Assembly: GCA_027307335.1 (NCBI GenBank)
Contig: DAHUXD010000050.1
Span: forward strand, 536 to 64,535
Source: Acidobacteriota bacterium
Lineage (GTDB): Bacteria > Acidobacteriota > Thermoanaerobaculia > UBA5066 > Gp7-AA6
Reading direction: 5' to 3'
DNA: 64,000 nucleotides
How positions within the stretch are numbered: the stretch's first letter is position 1; each line of letters begins with the position of its first letter. A model generated the notes under the pieces. The model saw nothing but the letters and a program-made list of their open reading frames with translations. It was not told the DNA's origin and ran no database searches. The translations under genes and the position numbers were made by a program. Positions 21,730 to 32,575 of the stretch are shown one piece after another.

Positions 21730-22667
21730 CCGAGCGGAGCGCGGCGCGGCCAGGCGTCGAGGCGCTTCGTCTCACCCGCGGACCGCCAGGCGATCCACGG
21801 CAGACGCGGCCAGACGAGAAAGGGCAGCGCGAGACCGCCGATTCCCGCCGCGCGCGCATGGGCGAGGTCCGCGCGGAGAAGAGCCGGAAAACGCCGCGCG
21901 AGGAGCCGCGGCTCGAAGTTGCGGAAGAGCGCGCGCCAGCGGTTGCGCGCGGTCCACATCGCGCGGCGGAAGGGGGTGCGCCGTCCGGTCCGCGATCCCT
22001 CGTGCCGCGCCACGGCGCCCGGATCGCACACGAAGCGCCACCCCGCGCGAGCGAGGCGGAGCGACAGGTCCACGTCCTCGTAGTAGGCGAAGAAGGCGTC
22101 GTCGAAGACCGAAGCCCCGCGCGCGACCGCCTCCAGCGCCTCCCGGCGGTACAGCGCCGCCGTCGCCGAGACGCCCGGCACCTCGAAGGGCGCGCGGGGC
22201 GCCGAGGCCGCGTCCTCCCCGTGCAGCACCGGGACGGCCTCGCCGCGGCCGTTCCACTCGAACCCGGCGGAATCCACGCGGCGGCCGTCGCCGGAGAGAA
22301 CCAGGCCCTGCGCGGCCGCGAGGCGGCCGTCGAGCTCGAGCCGCGCCGCGAGCCGCGCCACGTAGTCCGGTTCGAGCACCGCGTCGTTGTTCACGAGCAA
22401 CACGCCGGCCGAGCGCGTGCGAGCGATGCCCTCGTTGGCGCCGCCCGCGAACCCGAGATTGCGCGAGAACCCGATCACCCGCGCCGCCGGTACCTCCCGC
22501 GCGATCCGGTCTCGCTCCGCGGGGTCCGAGCCGTTGTCGATCACGACGACCGAGAGGGCCACGCCCTCCTGCCGCTCGAGCGAGGCGAGAGCGCGGAAGA
22601 GGGCGCCGCCCCCGTCGCGGTTGACCACGATGGCGTCCACGTCGGGAAGGTGCGGGGCCCCGCTCAA
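21726..22667 (-). CDS. GT2 glycosyltransferase
   Basis: Motifs IDNGS, NLGFAGGAN, NND and FFAYYEDVDL. The TTG start is uncertain. Confidence 0.85.
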   Translation of the reverse strand: MSGAPHLPDVDAIVVNRDGGGALFRALASLERQEGVALSVVVIDNGSDPAERDRIAREVPAARVIGFSRNLGFAGGANEGIARTRSAGVLLVNNDAVLEPDYVARLAARLELDGRLAAAQGLVLSGDGRRVDSAGFEWNGRGEAVPVLHGEDAASAPRAPFEVPGVSATAALYRREALEAVARGASVFDDAFFAYYEDVDLSLRLARAGWRFVCDPGAVARHEGSRTGRRTPFRRAMWTARNRWRALFRNFEPRLLARRFPALLRADLAHARAAGIGGLALPFLVWPRLPWIAWRSAGETKRLDAWPRRAPLG

Positions 22668-22698
22668 ACGGTTGACTCGGTTGGCGCGCGCGATGTGA

Positions 22699-24038
<1,340 letters not shown>

Positions 24039-24039
<1 letters not shown>

Positions 24040-24806
24040 TGCCTCAGCCTCATGTCGCCGCCGCCGTCCTTCGCGCGGCGCGGAGACTTCCCGGCTATCC
24101 GAAGCTGAGGGTTCTCGACCTCTCCGCCGGCCGCGGCGAGATCGCGGCCGCGCTCGCCCGGGACGGCTGCACGGTGCGCGGCACGCACTTCCGCGCCGAC
24201 GACTACAAGCTCGCGGGCGCGCCGCCCGAGCTTCCGCCGGGGGTTGCGATCGACCCGAACGTCGACCTCATGCGGCCGCTCCCCCATCCGGACGGCGCCT
24301 TCGACCTCGTCCTCCTCTGCGAGGTCGCGGAGCACCTGCCGACCGAGATCCCGGTCGTCGCGGAGATCGGGCGCGTGCTCGCCCCGGGCGGCCACTTCGT
24401 GCTCTCGACGCCGAACGTCGCGCGCCTGCACTCGCGGTGGCACTTCCTGTTCACGGGCACGCACAAGCTCATCCGCCGGCGCGCCGGCTGGGACCTCGCC
24501 GCCGACGATCTGTACGCCTACCACATCAACCCGATCGACTTTCCGCTCCTGCACACCCTGCTGCACCAGGCGGGGCTCTCGGTCACGCGCCTCGACGTCA
24601 CACTCTTCAAGGCGAAGCACGCGTGGATGCTGCTCCTCTATCCCTTCGTATGGCTCGCGACGCGCGTCGAGACGCGGCGGCATCGCTCGGGACCCGCGCA
24701 CGCGCGGGGCGAGGACGATCTGTTCCACTGGATGACGCGGCCGGCGATGCTCGTCAGCGAGCAGCTCCTGGTGACGGCGCGGAAGACGCCTCCTTCCGGA
24801 CGCTGA
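24039..24806 (+). CDS. Class I SAM-dependent methyltransferase
   Basis: Motifs VLDLSAGRG, FDLVLLCEVAEHL and RVLAPGGHFVLSTPN. Confidence 0.85.
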
Positions 24807-25410
24807 CGGAGGACACGGGCGGCACGAGCGCGCCGGCCGACACGATCATCTTCATCGCCTGCTCGGGAGTCATGTCGAGATAGGTCACCTTCTCCTGCGG
24901 CACGACGAGGAGGAAGCCGGTCGTCGGGTTGACCGCGCTCGGAATGAAGACGCTGCAGACCGGCCGGCCCGTCTTCGCGCTCGTTTCGCCGTCGTCGGTG
25001 GACGTCACGAACCCTAGGCCCCACGTGCCCGGCGACGGAAACTCGACGATCGCCACGCGGCCGAAGGAGCCGATGCGCGAGGGACCGAGGAGCAGCTCCG
25101 CGATCTGACGCAGCGTCGCGTAGATCTTGTTGATGAGCGGCACCCGGTGCATCAGCCGGTCCCAGAGCGCGAAGGCGCGCTTGCCGACGAAGTTCGCGGC
25201 GACGAATCCGAGGATCAGCAGCAGCAGGTTGAGCAGAACGAAGCCGAGCCCGACGACCGAGATGCCGAGGGCGCGCAGCTGGGCGCCGAGGATGTTGTCG
25301 AAGAACTGGAACAGGCTCCAGACGACCCAGAGCGTCAGCGCGGTCGGCGCGAGAACGAGGATGCCCGCCACCCAGTAGCGGCGCAGCCGCACGCCGAGAC
25401 TCGCCGACAT
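24754..25410 (-). CDS. DUF502 membrane protein
   Basis: Motifs AGILVLAP, RVPLINKIY, VEFP, VFIPSAVNPTTGF and IVSAG. Start at MSASLG. Confidence 0.85.
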   Translation of the reverse strand: MSASLGVRLRRYWVAGILVLAPTALTLWVVWSLFQFFDNILGAQLRALGISVVGLGFVLLNLLLLILGFVAANFVGKRAFALWDRLMHRVPLINKIYATLRQIAELLLGPSRIGSFGRVAIVEFPSPGTWGLGFVTSTDDGETSAKTGRPVCSVFIPSAVNPTTGFLLVVPQEKVTYLDMTPEQAMKMIVSAGALVPPVSSVSVRKEASSAPSPGAAR

Positions 25411-25512
25411 GACGTCATCGTAACTCCCCGATGAACGATCCGCGCGAGCGGACATGAACGGCCCGCGCGAGCGCACCCCAATTTCGCGCGCGAGCCCGTA
25501 CAATGGGTGGCG

Positions 25513-26886
25513 ATGCGCGCTCGCGAGACTCTCGGAATGCTTCTCTTCGGGGCCGCGGCCTCCATGGCCGCGCAGCCGGCGGGTTGGGAGAGCTTCGGCC
25601 CTCCCCTGTACCAGATCAGCGACGTCGCGACCGGTTCGGACGAGACGACCGTCTACGCCTCCGGCGCCAACACGGCGGCCGGGCAGAGCGGCATCTTCGA
25701 GAGCACCGACGCGGGCAGCCTCTGGACCGGCCTCGTCGCGGCGCCGCTCGGCGAAGCGTACGGGGATCTGCTCGTCGATCCCGGCAACTCTCAGACGATC
25801 TATACGGGGACCCTCGGCAGCGACCACAGGACGCGCCTGTACCGCTCTCTCGACGGCGGAGTCACGTGGTTCCTCGGCCAGACGCTGGGCGCGCTCTGCG
25901 TGCCCTCGTTCGCGCCGGGCGCCTCGACCGGAACCGCGCTCGTCGCGTGCGGGACCGGCCTCTGGAAGACGGCCGACTCGGGCCAGAGCTGGCAGGCGCT
26001 GTCGCCGCCGTTCACGCAGACGACGCGGCTCGCGCCCGGAGCCGCCGGAGCGCTGTGGGCCTACGGGCCGACCACGCTCTTCCGCTCGAACGACGGCGGG
26101 ACGACGTGGCAGGCCGCCGGCACCCCACCTCCCTGCGCGGGCGTCAACGCGCTCGCCGCCGACCCCACGCAGCCGAACGTCCTGATCGCGGGAACCGGGG
26201 TCGTCGGCGGATCGGGCCTGGTCTGCGGCTCGATCTATCGGAGCACGGACGGGGGCGCGACGTGGACCGGAACCACCGGTGCCACCGGCGCCTTCATCAC
26301 GGACATCATCGTGAACGCCGTCGACCCGACGCGCATGTACGCGAGCGCCGGCAACTTCCCGGGGATCCTGCCGCAGGGCGGTGTCTTCGCGAGCCTCGAC
26401 GGCGGCGCGACCTGGACGAACATGGCGCTCCCGGCGAACTCCGCCTCGCGACTCGCGCTCTCGCCGAGCGGCCAGATTCTCTACGCGGCGACTCCCGTCG
26501 GCGTGTACGAGATCGGCGTCACGAGCGGCACCCCCACGTGCACGCCGAACGACTTCACCCTGTGCCTCGACGGCGTGCGATATCGCGTGCAGGCGACATG
26601 GACCCGGCCCGACCAGACGAACGGCTCCGGCCATGCGATGGGGCTGACGAACGACACCGGCTACTTCTGGTTCTTCGATCCGACCAACGTCGAGGTCATC
26701 GTCAAGGTGCTCGAGGGCTGCGGTACGAACTCGCATCGCTGGGTCTTCGCCAGCGGCCTCACCAACGTCTTCGTCAATCTCACCGTCACGGACATCCTGA
26801 CCAACGAGGTGAAGACGTATACGAACGCGCAGGGAACGGCGTTCGTCCCCGTCCAGGACACGCACGCGTTCGCGTGCAGCCCCTAG
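25513..26886 (+). CDS. Secreted BNR-repeat (YCF48/sialidase-like) beta-propeller protein with conserved C-terminal domain
   Basis: Signal peptide, several SxDGGxTW repeats, and C-terminal LCL..RYRV..W / GYFWFFDPTNVEVIVKVLEGC..N..WVFASGLTNV. Confidence 0.8.
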   Translation: MRARETLGMLLFGAAASMAAQPAGWESFGPPLYQISDVATGSDETTVYASGANTAAGQSGIFESTDAGSLWTGLVAAPLGEAYGDLLVDPGNSQTIYTGTLGSDHRTRLYRSLDGGVTWFLGQTLGALCVPSFAPGASTGTALVACGTGLWKTADSGQSWQALSPPFTQTTRLAPGAAGALWAYGPTTLFRSNDGGTTWQAAGTPPPCAGVNALAADPTQPNVLIAGTGVVGGSGLVCGSIYRSTDGGATWTGTTGATGAFITDIIVNAVDPTRMYASAGNFPGILPQGGVFASLDGGATWTNMALPANSASRLALSPSGQILYAATPVGVYEIGVTSGTPTCTPNDFTLCLDGVRYRVQATWTRPDQTNGSGHAMGLTNDTGYFWFFDPTNVEVIVKVLEGCGTNSHRWVFASGLTNVFVNLTVTDILTNEVKTYTNAQGTAFVPVQDTHAFACSP

Positions 26887-26898
26887 ACCTTCAGAGGT

Positions 26899-26990
26899 TG
26901 GCGGAGAGGACGGAATAGCCGCCGGCAGCGCCGGCGGGGCCGACGGCCGCGGGTCGGCCGGTGGTCGGCTCGAACCCGCGCCGGGTGCTC
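26899..26990 (-). repeat. Inverted copy of the tRNA-Ser(GCT) 3' end with a hairpin insertion in the T-loop
   Basis: 26899-26913 is the exact reverse complement of tRNA positions 27139-27153. After AAT and a 53-nt double-hairpin insert, TCGAACCCG (26970-26978) resumes the match. Confidence 0.75.
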
Positions 26991-27059
26991 GGCTCGATCT
27001 GAAACCCTCAATTCCTTCCGGGCGGACAATCCACTAACATCGTCCCCCTGACCACTCGC

Positions 27060-27153
27060 GGAGAGGTGGGTGAGTGGCTGAAACCAGCGGTTTGCTAAAC
27101 CGCCGTAGGGGCCTAAACCTCTACCACGGGTTCGAATCCCGTCCTCTCCGCCA
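27060..27153 (+). tRNA. tRNA-Ser (anticodon GCT)
   Basis: GGAGAGG acceptor stem, GCGGT-TTGCTAA-ACCGC anticodon arm, long variable arm, GGTTCGAATCC and CCTCTCCGCCA. Confidence 0.96.
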
Positions 27154-27211
27154 CTATCCTTCCTCCGCGCGCGTCGTCCGCGTCAGCCGGCGTCCGTCTT
27201 GCGCCGGAAGC

Positions 27212-27460
27212 TCACAGCCGGCTTCCCGGAACGGACTCGGCAGGGGAAACGGATCGAGGACCCGCGAGCTCGCAAAGATCGACGGGATCGACGACCGGGC
27301 CCGTATCGAGCATGGCGCAATCCTCGACGTGGATGCATCGCCGCACGCCGTTGGCGAAACGCTCGAGAGCACCGAGTCGGCGGCAGCGAGGGCAGTGGAT
27401 GATCGTTCGCCCTCCGGAAACGACCGTTCCGACGACGAGTTGGGTGAAGTCGTTCTTCAT
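27212..27460 (-). CDS. Small Cys-rich hypothetical protein
   Basis: MKNDFTQLVVG...HCPRC...RCIH...C...DLC, starting about 20 nt downstream of the SLH-protein stop on the same strand. Confidence 0.5.
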   Translation of the reverse strand: MKNDFTQLVVGTVVSGGRTIIHCPRCRRLGALERFANGVRRCIHVEDCAMLDTGPVVDPVDLCELAGPRSVSPAESVPGSRL

Positions 27461-27482
27461 GGGCATGATCCCTGGATCCGGG

Positions 27483-30473
27483 TCACAGGTGGAACGTCTT
27501 CGTGAGGAACACGGCCATCTGACCGCGCGTGTTCGGGTTCGCGGGGCAGTAGTCGCCGCCGCCGCACCCGCTCGTGATTCCCTCGGCCGCGAGCTGCTCG
27601 ATCCAGTCGGCGAAGAGGCTCGGGCACGAGACGTCGCCGAAGACGCCGGTGCACGACGGCGGCGCATAAGCCGAGCCGTGCTCCGCCTTGAGAAGAAACA
27701 CCGCCATCTGCGCCCGCGTCACCGGGGTCGACGGACAGTAGTTGCGGCCGCCGCAGCCGGCCGTGATGCCTTCGCGCGCCAGCTGCTCGATCCAGTCGGC
27801 AAAGAGGCTCGGGCATGGCACGTCCGCGAAGAAGCCGTTGCAGTGAGGTGGCGCATAGCCGGAGCCGTGCTCGGCCTTCAGCAGGAAGGCCGCCATCTGC
27901 GCGCGGGTGACCGCATCGCCTCCGCAGTAGCTCCCATTGCCGCAGCCGGCGGTGATGCCGGCGCGGAAGATCTTTTCCACGAAGTCGTGAAAGGGATCGA
28001 GCTGCGGCACGTCCAGGAAGTCGGCGAAGAAGGCTTTGGGTCGAGTCGCCGTTGCGAGACTCGACCCTGTATTCGCAACCGAGACGTCGTTCAGAGTCCC
28101 TGGAGATAGGGCCGGGGTGAACAGGTACAGAAACGTCGAGTCGGAAACTGTCACATCGGTTCCCGCCGTGACGCCGACGGTCACGATGGCACCAGAAGAA
28201 AAGCCCCCGCCGAGAACGACGAGGGCCGCGCCGCCCGAGGCGGCGCCCGATGAGGGCGATACCTCATTGACGGCCAGGGGCCTGTCCGCGAAGCGGATGA
28301 TCCCTCCCCCACCGAGCGGGCTTGCTCCGCTTCCATAGATGAACCCGTCGGCCGCTTGCATGAATCCGCTGGCATAAGCGCCCGGCAAACTCGTCACGTT
28401 GCCGTCGTAGTCCATCGTGAAGACTGTCCCGGTGGGACCTGAGAACGTGCCATAGAACTTGCCCTGCGAGCCCGCCCAGAAAAGCTCCGTCGGGTTGGCG
28501 CCATCAACGCCGTTGAAGGCGTGCTTGGTGTCGAGAGCGTAGCTGTCAGGAATGGTCTTGAAAGCGGTTCCCGGTCCGGGATCGCCGCCATAGTAGGTGG
28601 TGCCCCACAGATCTCCATCCACGTACGTCAGACCGGCCATGGGAGTGGCACCGTCAAGTCCGCCGAAGCTGTACTGCGGCCAGACGTCACCGTCCATGCT
28701 CAAGCGGAAGACGATCCCCATTCCATACGCGCCGCCCTGCGAGGTGGTCCCGTAGAACTTTTCGTTGGCTGCGATGAGCGGACCGTTTGGAGAGGCTCCG
28801 TCCATCTCCGGGTTGAAGCTGGCGATCGTTGCGAAATTCCCCGACGAGTCCATTCTGAAAGCCGTGCCCCACTGAGCGCTTCCGAGGCCGCCCGGAGTGA
28901 CTCCGTAGAACTTGCCGTCTGAGGCCTGGATCAGCCCGGAAGAACTCCCACCATCGTTGCCGTCGAAGCTGTGTAGGGTCGTCACGGCACCGTCGTACCC
29001 GATCCTGTAGATGGTGCCCCACCCGCCCGCTCCTCCAGATTCCGTCGTGCCATAGAGCTTTCCGTCCGTAGCCTGAACGAGGGCAGCACGCGGATGCGTG
29101 CCGTCTGAGTCGCTGAAGGTGTGAAGCGATGTCACGACATCCAGGGAGTCCAGCCGGTAGATCGTGCCGAGGTCGTACGCGCCTCCGGTGTTCGTCGTGC
29201 CATACAAGCTACCGTCGGTGGCCTGCGTGAGTTTCCCCGGCTCGGCTCCGTCCGACCAGCCAAAACGATGCACCGTTGTGAAGCTACCGCCGATGTCGAC
29301 GCGAAAGACCGTTCCGGCGATCGAGGCAGTGTCGGGCCAGCCCCTGGTGGACGTGGTCGCGCCATAGAGGAGGCCGTCGTTATTCAGAACCATCGCGACC
29401 CTCGGACGGGCTCCGTCCTCTCCCGTGAAGGCGTGCAAGACGCTGACGTTGCCGGAGCCGTCCACTCTGTACACAGCTCCATATGGGCACGTCTCTGCGC
29501 CCGAACTGGTCGACCCGAAAAACGCTCCGTCGGAGCCCTCGACCAGACCAGCCACCGGAAGGTAACCCTCCGTGGACGGGTCGAATTGGTGGAGCACGGC
29601 TGCATCGCCGGCGAGTTCAATCCGCACAATCGTGCTTGGCCCGGCTCCGTTATCGGCGGCTTTGGTCGTTCCGAGCAGGGCCCCCGAACCAGTCTGAATC
29701 AAAGAGGAGACAGACGTGTTGATTCCGAACGAGTGAAGGACCGCAAAGTCACCGGTCGAGGTGATACGGAATACCGTCCCGCCAACGCTCGTCGTGCCGT
29801 AGAGGTTGCCATCGGCGCCTTCCCGGAGTTCCGTGAGCGGATGGGCTCCGTCTACCCACGTCGAAAAGCTGTGAAGAATCGTCAGCGTTCCATTGGTGCT
29901 GACTCGAAATACCGTTCCGTCGCCATTCGTGCCGCCCGACTCCGCCGTCCCATACAGGTTCCCGTCCGCCGCTTCGATGAGAGCCGCGCGCGGGTTCTTC
30001 CCGTTCACGCCGTCGAAGCTGTAGAGCCTCGTCACCGTGCCGCCCGCGTCCATGCGAAACACGATTCCCTGGTTGTTCCCACCGCCCCTGGTCGTCGTGC
30101 CATAGAAACTCCCGTCGGTGCCACGAACCAGTCCCGCTGCCGGATTCGCACCATCGGCGTAGGCGAAGCTGTGCAGCGTCGTCAGGTTTCCAGCGGAATC
30201 CATGCGGAAAATCGTGCCGACCCCGCTCGAGCCGCCCCAGTACGTCGTGCCGTAGAAGTAGCCGTCGGGCGCCAGGAGCAGGCTGCTGACGCTCGGCGCG
30301 TCGCCTGAGGCTGGCTGGCCCGAGGCCCGAAACGCGTGAACGATCTCGTACGTCGTCGGCGCCTGCGCCATCGCCGCGACGGCGCCGAACCAACCCACCA
30401 GGACAGCGATTAGAAATTCCCGACGAAACGCTCGGGCCTCCCGGGGAGAGAGACCGGTCGTGGAAGTTTTCAT
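27483..30473 (-). CDS. Surface protein with GloVer (Gloeobacter/Verrucomicrobia) repeats, IPT/TIG domain and three SLH-like domains
   Basis: Signal peptide, about 14 repeats of 'LHSF..DGA.P...L....DG.LYGTT..GG....GTVFR', a VSPSSG...GG TIG domain, and three 'F.DV...GITAGC....YC....TRAQMA.FL' units. AGGAGG SD. Confidence 0.88.
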   Translation of the reverse strand: MKTSTTGLSPREARAFRREFLIAVLVGWFGAVAAMAQAPTTYEIVHAFRASGQPASGDAPSVSSLLLAPDGYFYGTTYWGGSSGVGTIFRMDSAGNLTTLHSFAYADGANPAAGLVRGTDGSFYGTTTRGGGNNQGIVFRMDAGGTVTRLYSFDGVNGKNPRAALIEAADGNLYGTAESGGTNGDGTVFRVSTNGTLTILHSFSTWVDGAHPLTELREGADGNLYGTTSVGGTVFRITSTGDFAVLHSFGINTSVSSLIQTGSGALLGTTKAADNGAGPSTIVRIELAGDAAVLHQFDPSTEGYLPVAGLVEGSDGAFFGSTSSGAETCPYGAVYRVDGSGNVSVLHAFTGEDGARPRVAMVLNNDGLLYGATTSTRGWPDTASIAGTVFRVDIGGSFTTVHRFGWSDGAEPGKLTQATDGSLYGTTNTGGAYDLGTIYRLDSLDVVTSLHTFSDSDGTHPRAALVQATDGKLYGTTESGGAGGWGTIYRIGYDGAVTTLHSFDGNDGGSSSGLIQASDGKFYGVTPGGLGSAQWGTAFRMDSSGNFATIASFNPEMDGASPNGPLIAANEKFYGTTSQGGAYGMGIVFRLSMDGDVWPQYSFGGLDGATPMAGLTYVDGDLWGTTYYGGDPGPGTAFKTIPDSYALDTKHAFNGVDGANPTELFWAGSQGKFYGTFSGPTGTVFTMDYDGNVTSLPGAYASGFMQAADGFIYGSGASPLGGGGIIRFADRPLAVNEVSPSSGAASGGAALVVLGGGFSSGAIVTVGVTAGTDVTVSDSTFLYLFTPALSPGTLNDVSVANTGSSLATATRPKAFFADFLDVPQLDPFHDFVEKIFRAGITAGCGNGSYCGGDAVTRAQMAAFLLKAEHGSGYAPPHCNGFFADVPCPSLFADWIEQLAREGITAGCGGRNYCPSTPVTRAQMAVFLLKAEHGSAYAPPSCTGVFGDVSCPSLFADWIEQLAAEGITSGCGGGDYCPANPNTRGQMAVFLTKTFHL

Positions 30474-30567
30474 CGCCGCCTCCTTCCTGTCCGCGACAGG
30501 CGTTACAGGCCTGAGGGGGCTCGATGAGCGTTTCGCTAAATCGGGGAGATTTCCTGATCCAATCCCA

Positions 30568-32019
30568 TCAAGACGCCGGCGCGACGATGCGCTCGCCTCT
30601 GCGTGATTCCATTATCTGGACCATCCAACAGACGTCCGCGATCAGGAGCAGGTCGACGAGGGCGTGAAAGGAGTAGAGCGCGCGCGAATCGTCCACCGGC
30701 GCGTCGGCGAGCGCGCAGACGAAGAAGGCGAGTCCCCCCATGGCCACCAGCAGGACCACGCCCTCGCGGAAGAGGCGTTCCCCCGGCGACGCGCGCCGAT
30801 AGCCCGCCGCCGCGGCGGCGAGGCTCGCCCCGAAGAGAAGCGAGACCCAGAGCACCGGCCGCTTCCCGAGATGCTCGAGCAGTCCGCTCCAGACCGCAAA
30901 CGCGCTCGTCCGAGCCCCCGGCGGCCGGCCCGCCGAGCGCTCGAAATTCCCGAAGGAGGGCCGCAGCGTCCACAGGTCCCGGGAGGCCCGCTCCAGCCGC
31001 GCGGCCAGGCGCCTCGGATGGTGGAGATAGAAGCGGAGCACCTTGCGGTAGCCGACCCGGTGGAGAAACGCCCTCCGAAACTCGGAGCGGAGCAGGGGCG
31101 AATCGGGGGCATAGGCGTTCGTGCCGGCATAACGAAGCCAGTCGCCGTCGAGCCCCAGCTCGGCGGCATCCTGCGCCGGGCTCTCCGAACGGCCGAGGAT
31201 CTCGCCGAACACGACCTGGAACATCGTCGACTCCCGCAGCGTGTAGGGGGTGTGCCGGCCGTACCAGACGGCGAACGCGCAGAGGGCGGCCGCGAGCCAG
31301 GCCGCGCCGCTGCGCCACGGCGCGCGCCACGAGGTGCCCGCGAGGCGCATTCCGTAGAGCGCGAGGAGCGGCGCCGCGAGCCGCTCCTGGGGCTTCGATC
31401 CGACGAACAGGAGCGCGCCGGCGAAGTACGCGGCCAGCCACGGCCCCGCCAGCCGCGCACGCCGGACGGCCTCGGCGGCGACGGCCGCGGTCAGGAGGAG
31501 GAAGAGGAGCGACGCCGTCTGGCTGTAGAACGACTGGAAGGGCGCCACGTAGCCGACGTCGGTGAAGACGACGACGAGCAGAGCGGCGGCCGCGATCTGC
31601 GTCGGCGGCGCGAGACCCCGGCAGGCGCGGACGAGGCCGGCGAGGGCGAGGAGGAAGAACGCGGCGTGGAGCGCGGCGAGCGTGCGGAGATCGAACACGG
31701 CGCCGCCGCCGAGCGCGCGGTGAGCGCCCCGGGCGACGAAGGCCAGCAGCGTCTCGGACGAGTGGTAGCCGGGGCGAAACCAGCCCGGACGGACCACGGC
31801 GTATCGCGTGCGGAGAAACGAGAAGTACCGTTCCGCGTCGTCCGACGTGGTGTGCTGGAATCCCGCGTACCCCATCACCCGCTGGTAGTCGCCGTTGTCG
31901 GCGAGGCCGATCACCGGGGAAACGAAGAGCTGGACGGCGAGCGCCGCCGCGGCGAGGATCAGGACCCCGGCGACGAGAACGCGATTGGTCGTCTCGCAGT
32001 CCGCCCGCTCAGGCGACAT
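30568..32019 (-). CDS. Polytopic GT-C-like membrane glycosyltransferase (WsfD-like)
   Basis: About 10 TM helices, a first-loop IGLADNGDYQR motif, FQSFYSQ and SKPQ. Confidence 0.6.
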   Translation of the reverse strand: MSPERADCETTNRVLVAGVLILAAAALAVQLFVSPVIGLADNGDYQRVMGYAGFQHTTSDDAERYFSFLRTRYAVVRPGWFRPGYHSSETLLAFVARGAHRALGGGAVFDLRTLAALHAAFFLLALAGLVRACRGLAPPTQIAAAALLVVVFTDVGYVAPFQSFYSQTASLLFLLLTAAVAAEAVRRARLAGPWLAAYFAGALLFVGSKPQERLAAPLLALYGMRLAGTSWRAPWRSGAAWLAAALCAFAVWYGRHTPYTLRESTMFQVVFGEILGRSESPAQDAAELGLDGDWLRYAGTNAYAPDSPLLRSEFRRAFLHRVGYRKVLRFYLHHPRRLAARLERASRDLWTLRPSFGNFERSAGRPPGARTSAFAVWSGLLEHLGKRPVLWVSLLFGASLAAAAAGYRRASPGERLFREGVVLLVAMGGLAFFVCALADAPVDDSRALYSFHALVDLLLIADVCWMVQIMESRRGERIVAPAS

Positions 32020-32575
32020 CGGAGCCGACGAGCGCCCGGACGACCTCCGGCGGGATGCCCGGAACCCCCGACGCGGCGCCGCCCTGGTGCACCTCGGACC
32101 ACGCGGCGATCTCCTCGCGCCCGCCCGCCTGCCGGATCAGCCGCGCGCCGACCTCACCGTGCGTCAGGTAGAGGCCGATGCGGGCGAGGCCGGGGCGTCT
32201 CGACCGCGCGAGCCGGCGCGCCGTCTCGAGGTCGATGAAGCGGTTGACGAGCACGGCCGCGGCGCGCTCGAGGAACGAGAGGCCCGCGGCCGCCTTGCCG
32301 ACGTCGTGCATGAGCGCCGCCGCGATCCAGCGCGCCTCCCGCGCGTGGGACGTCCCCGCGAGGCGCGCCTCGAGTCTCCGGGCGACGCGCAGCGAGTGAC
32401 GGCGGTCGTACGCCCGCTGGCGAACCCAGATCGCGTGCTCCGCGGGGCGCAGGAGCGACCGGACCCACGCCTCGTCCGCGGCGCCCTCCGCATCCCGGCG
32501 CAGCGCACGCCAGACCCGCGCCACGATGTCTCGCGGCGTCGCGCGCGGCAGCGGGCGCTCGGGACCCGGGGTCAC
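32009..32575 (-). CDS. HD-domain protein
   Basis: Motifs DRRHSLRV, AALMHDVGK, THGEVGA, H and terminal D. The GTG start overlaps the upstream stop. Confidence 0.8.
   Translation of the reverse strand: MTPGPERPLPRATPRDIVARVWRALRRDAEGAADEAWVRSLLRPAEHAIWVRQRAYDRRHSLRVARRLEARLAGTSHAREARWIAAALMHDVGKAAAGLSFLERAAAVLVNRFIDLETARRLARSRRPGLARIGLYLTHGEVGARLIRQAGGREEIAAWSEVHQGGAASGVPGIPPEVVRALVGSDVA

Noticed and set aside
24754-24806. 53-bp convergent overlap of the methyltransferase and DUF502 3' ends
   Set aside because: Common in compact high-GC genomes, and the overlapping tails are low-complexity.
27483-28040. Regularly spaced DNA repeats that could suggest a CRISPR array or DGR template/variable pair
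   Set aside because: They are in-frame SLH domain repeats. There are no cas or reverse-transcriptase genes, and the differences are not confined to adenines.
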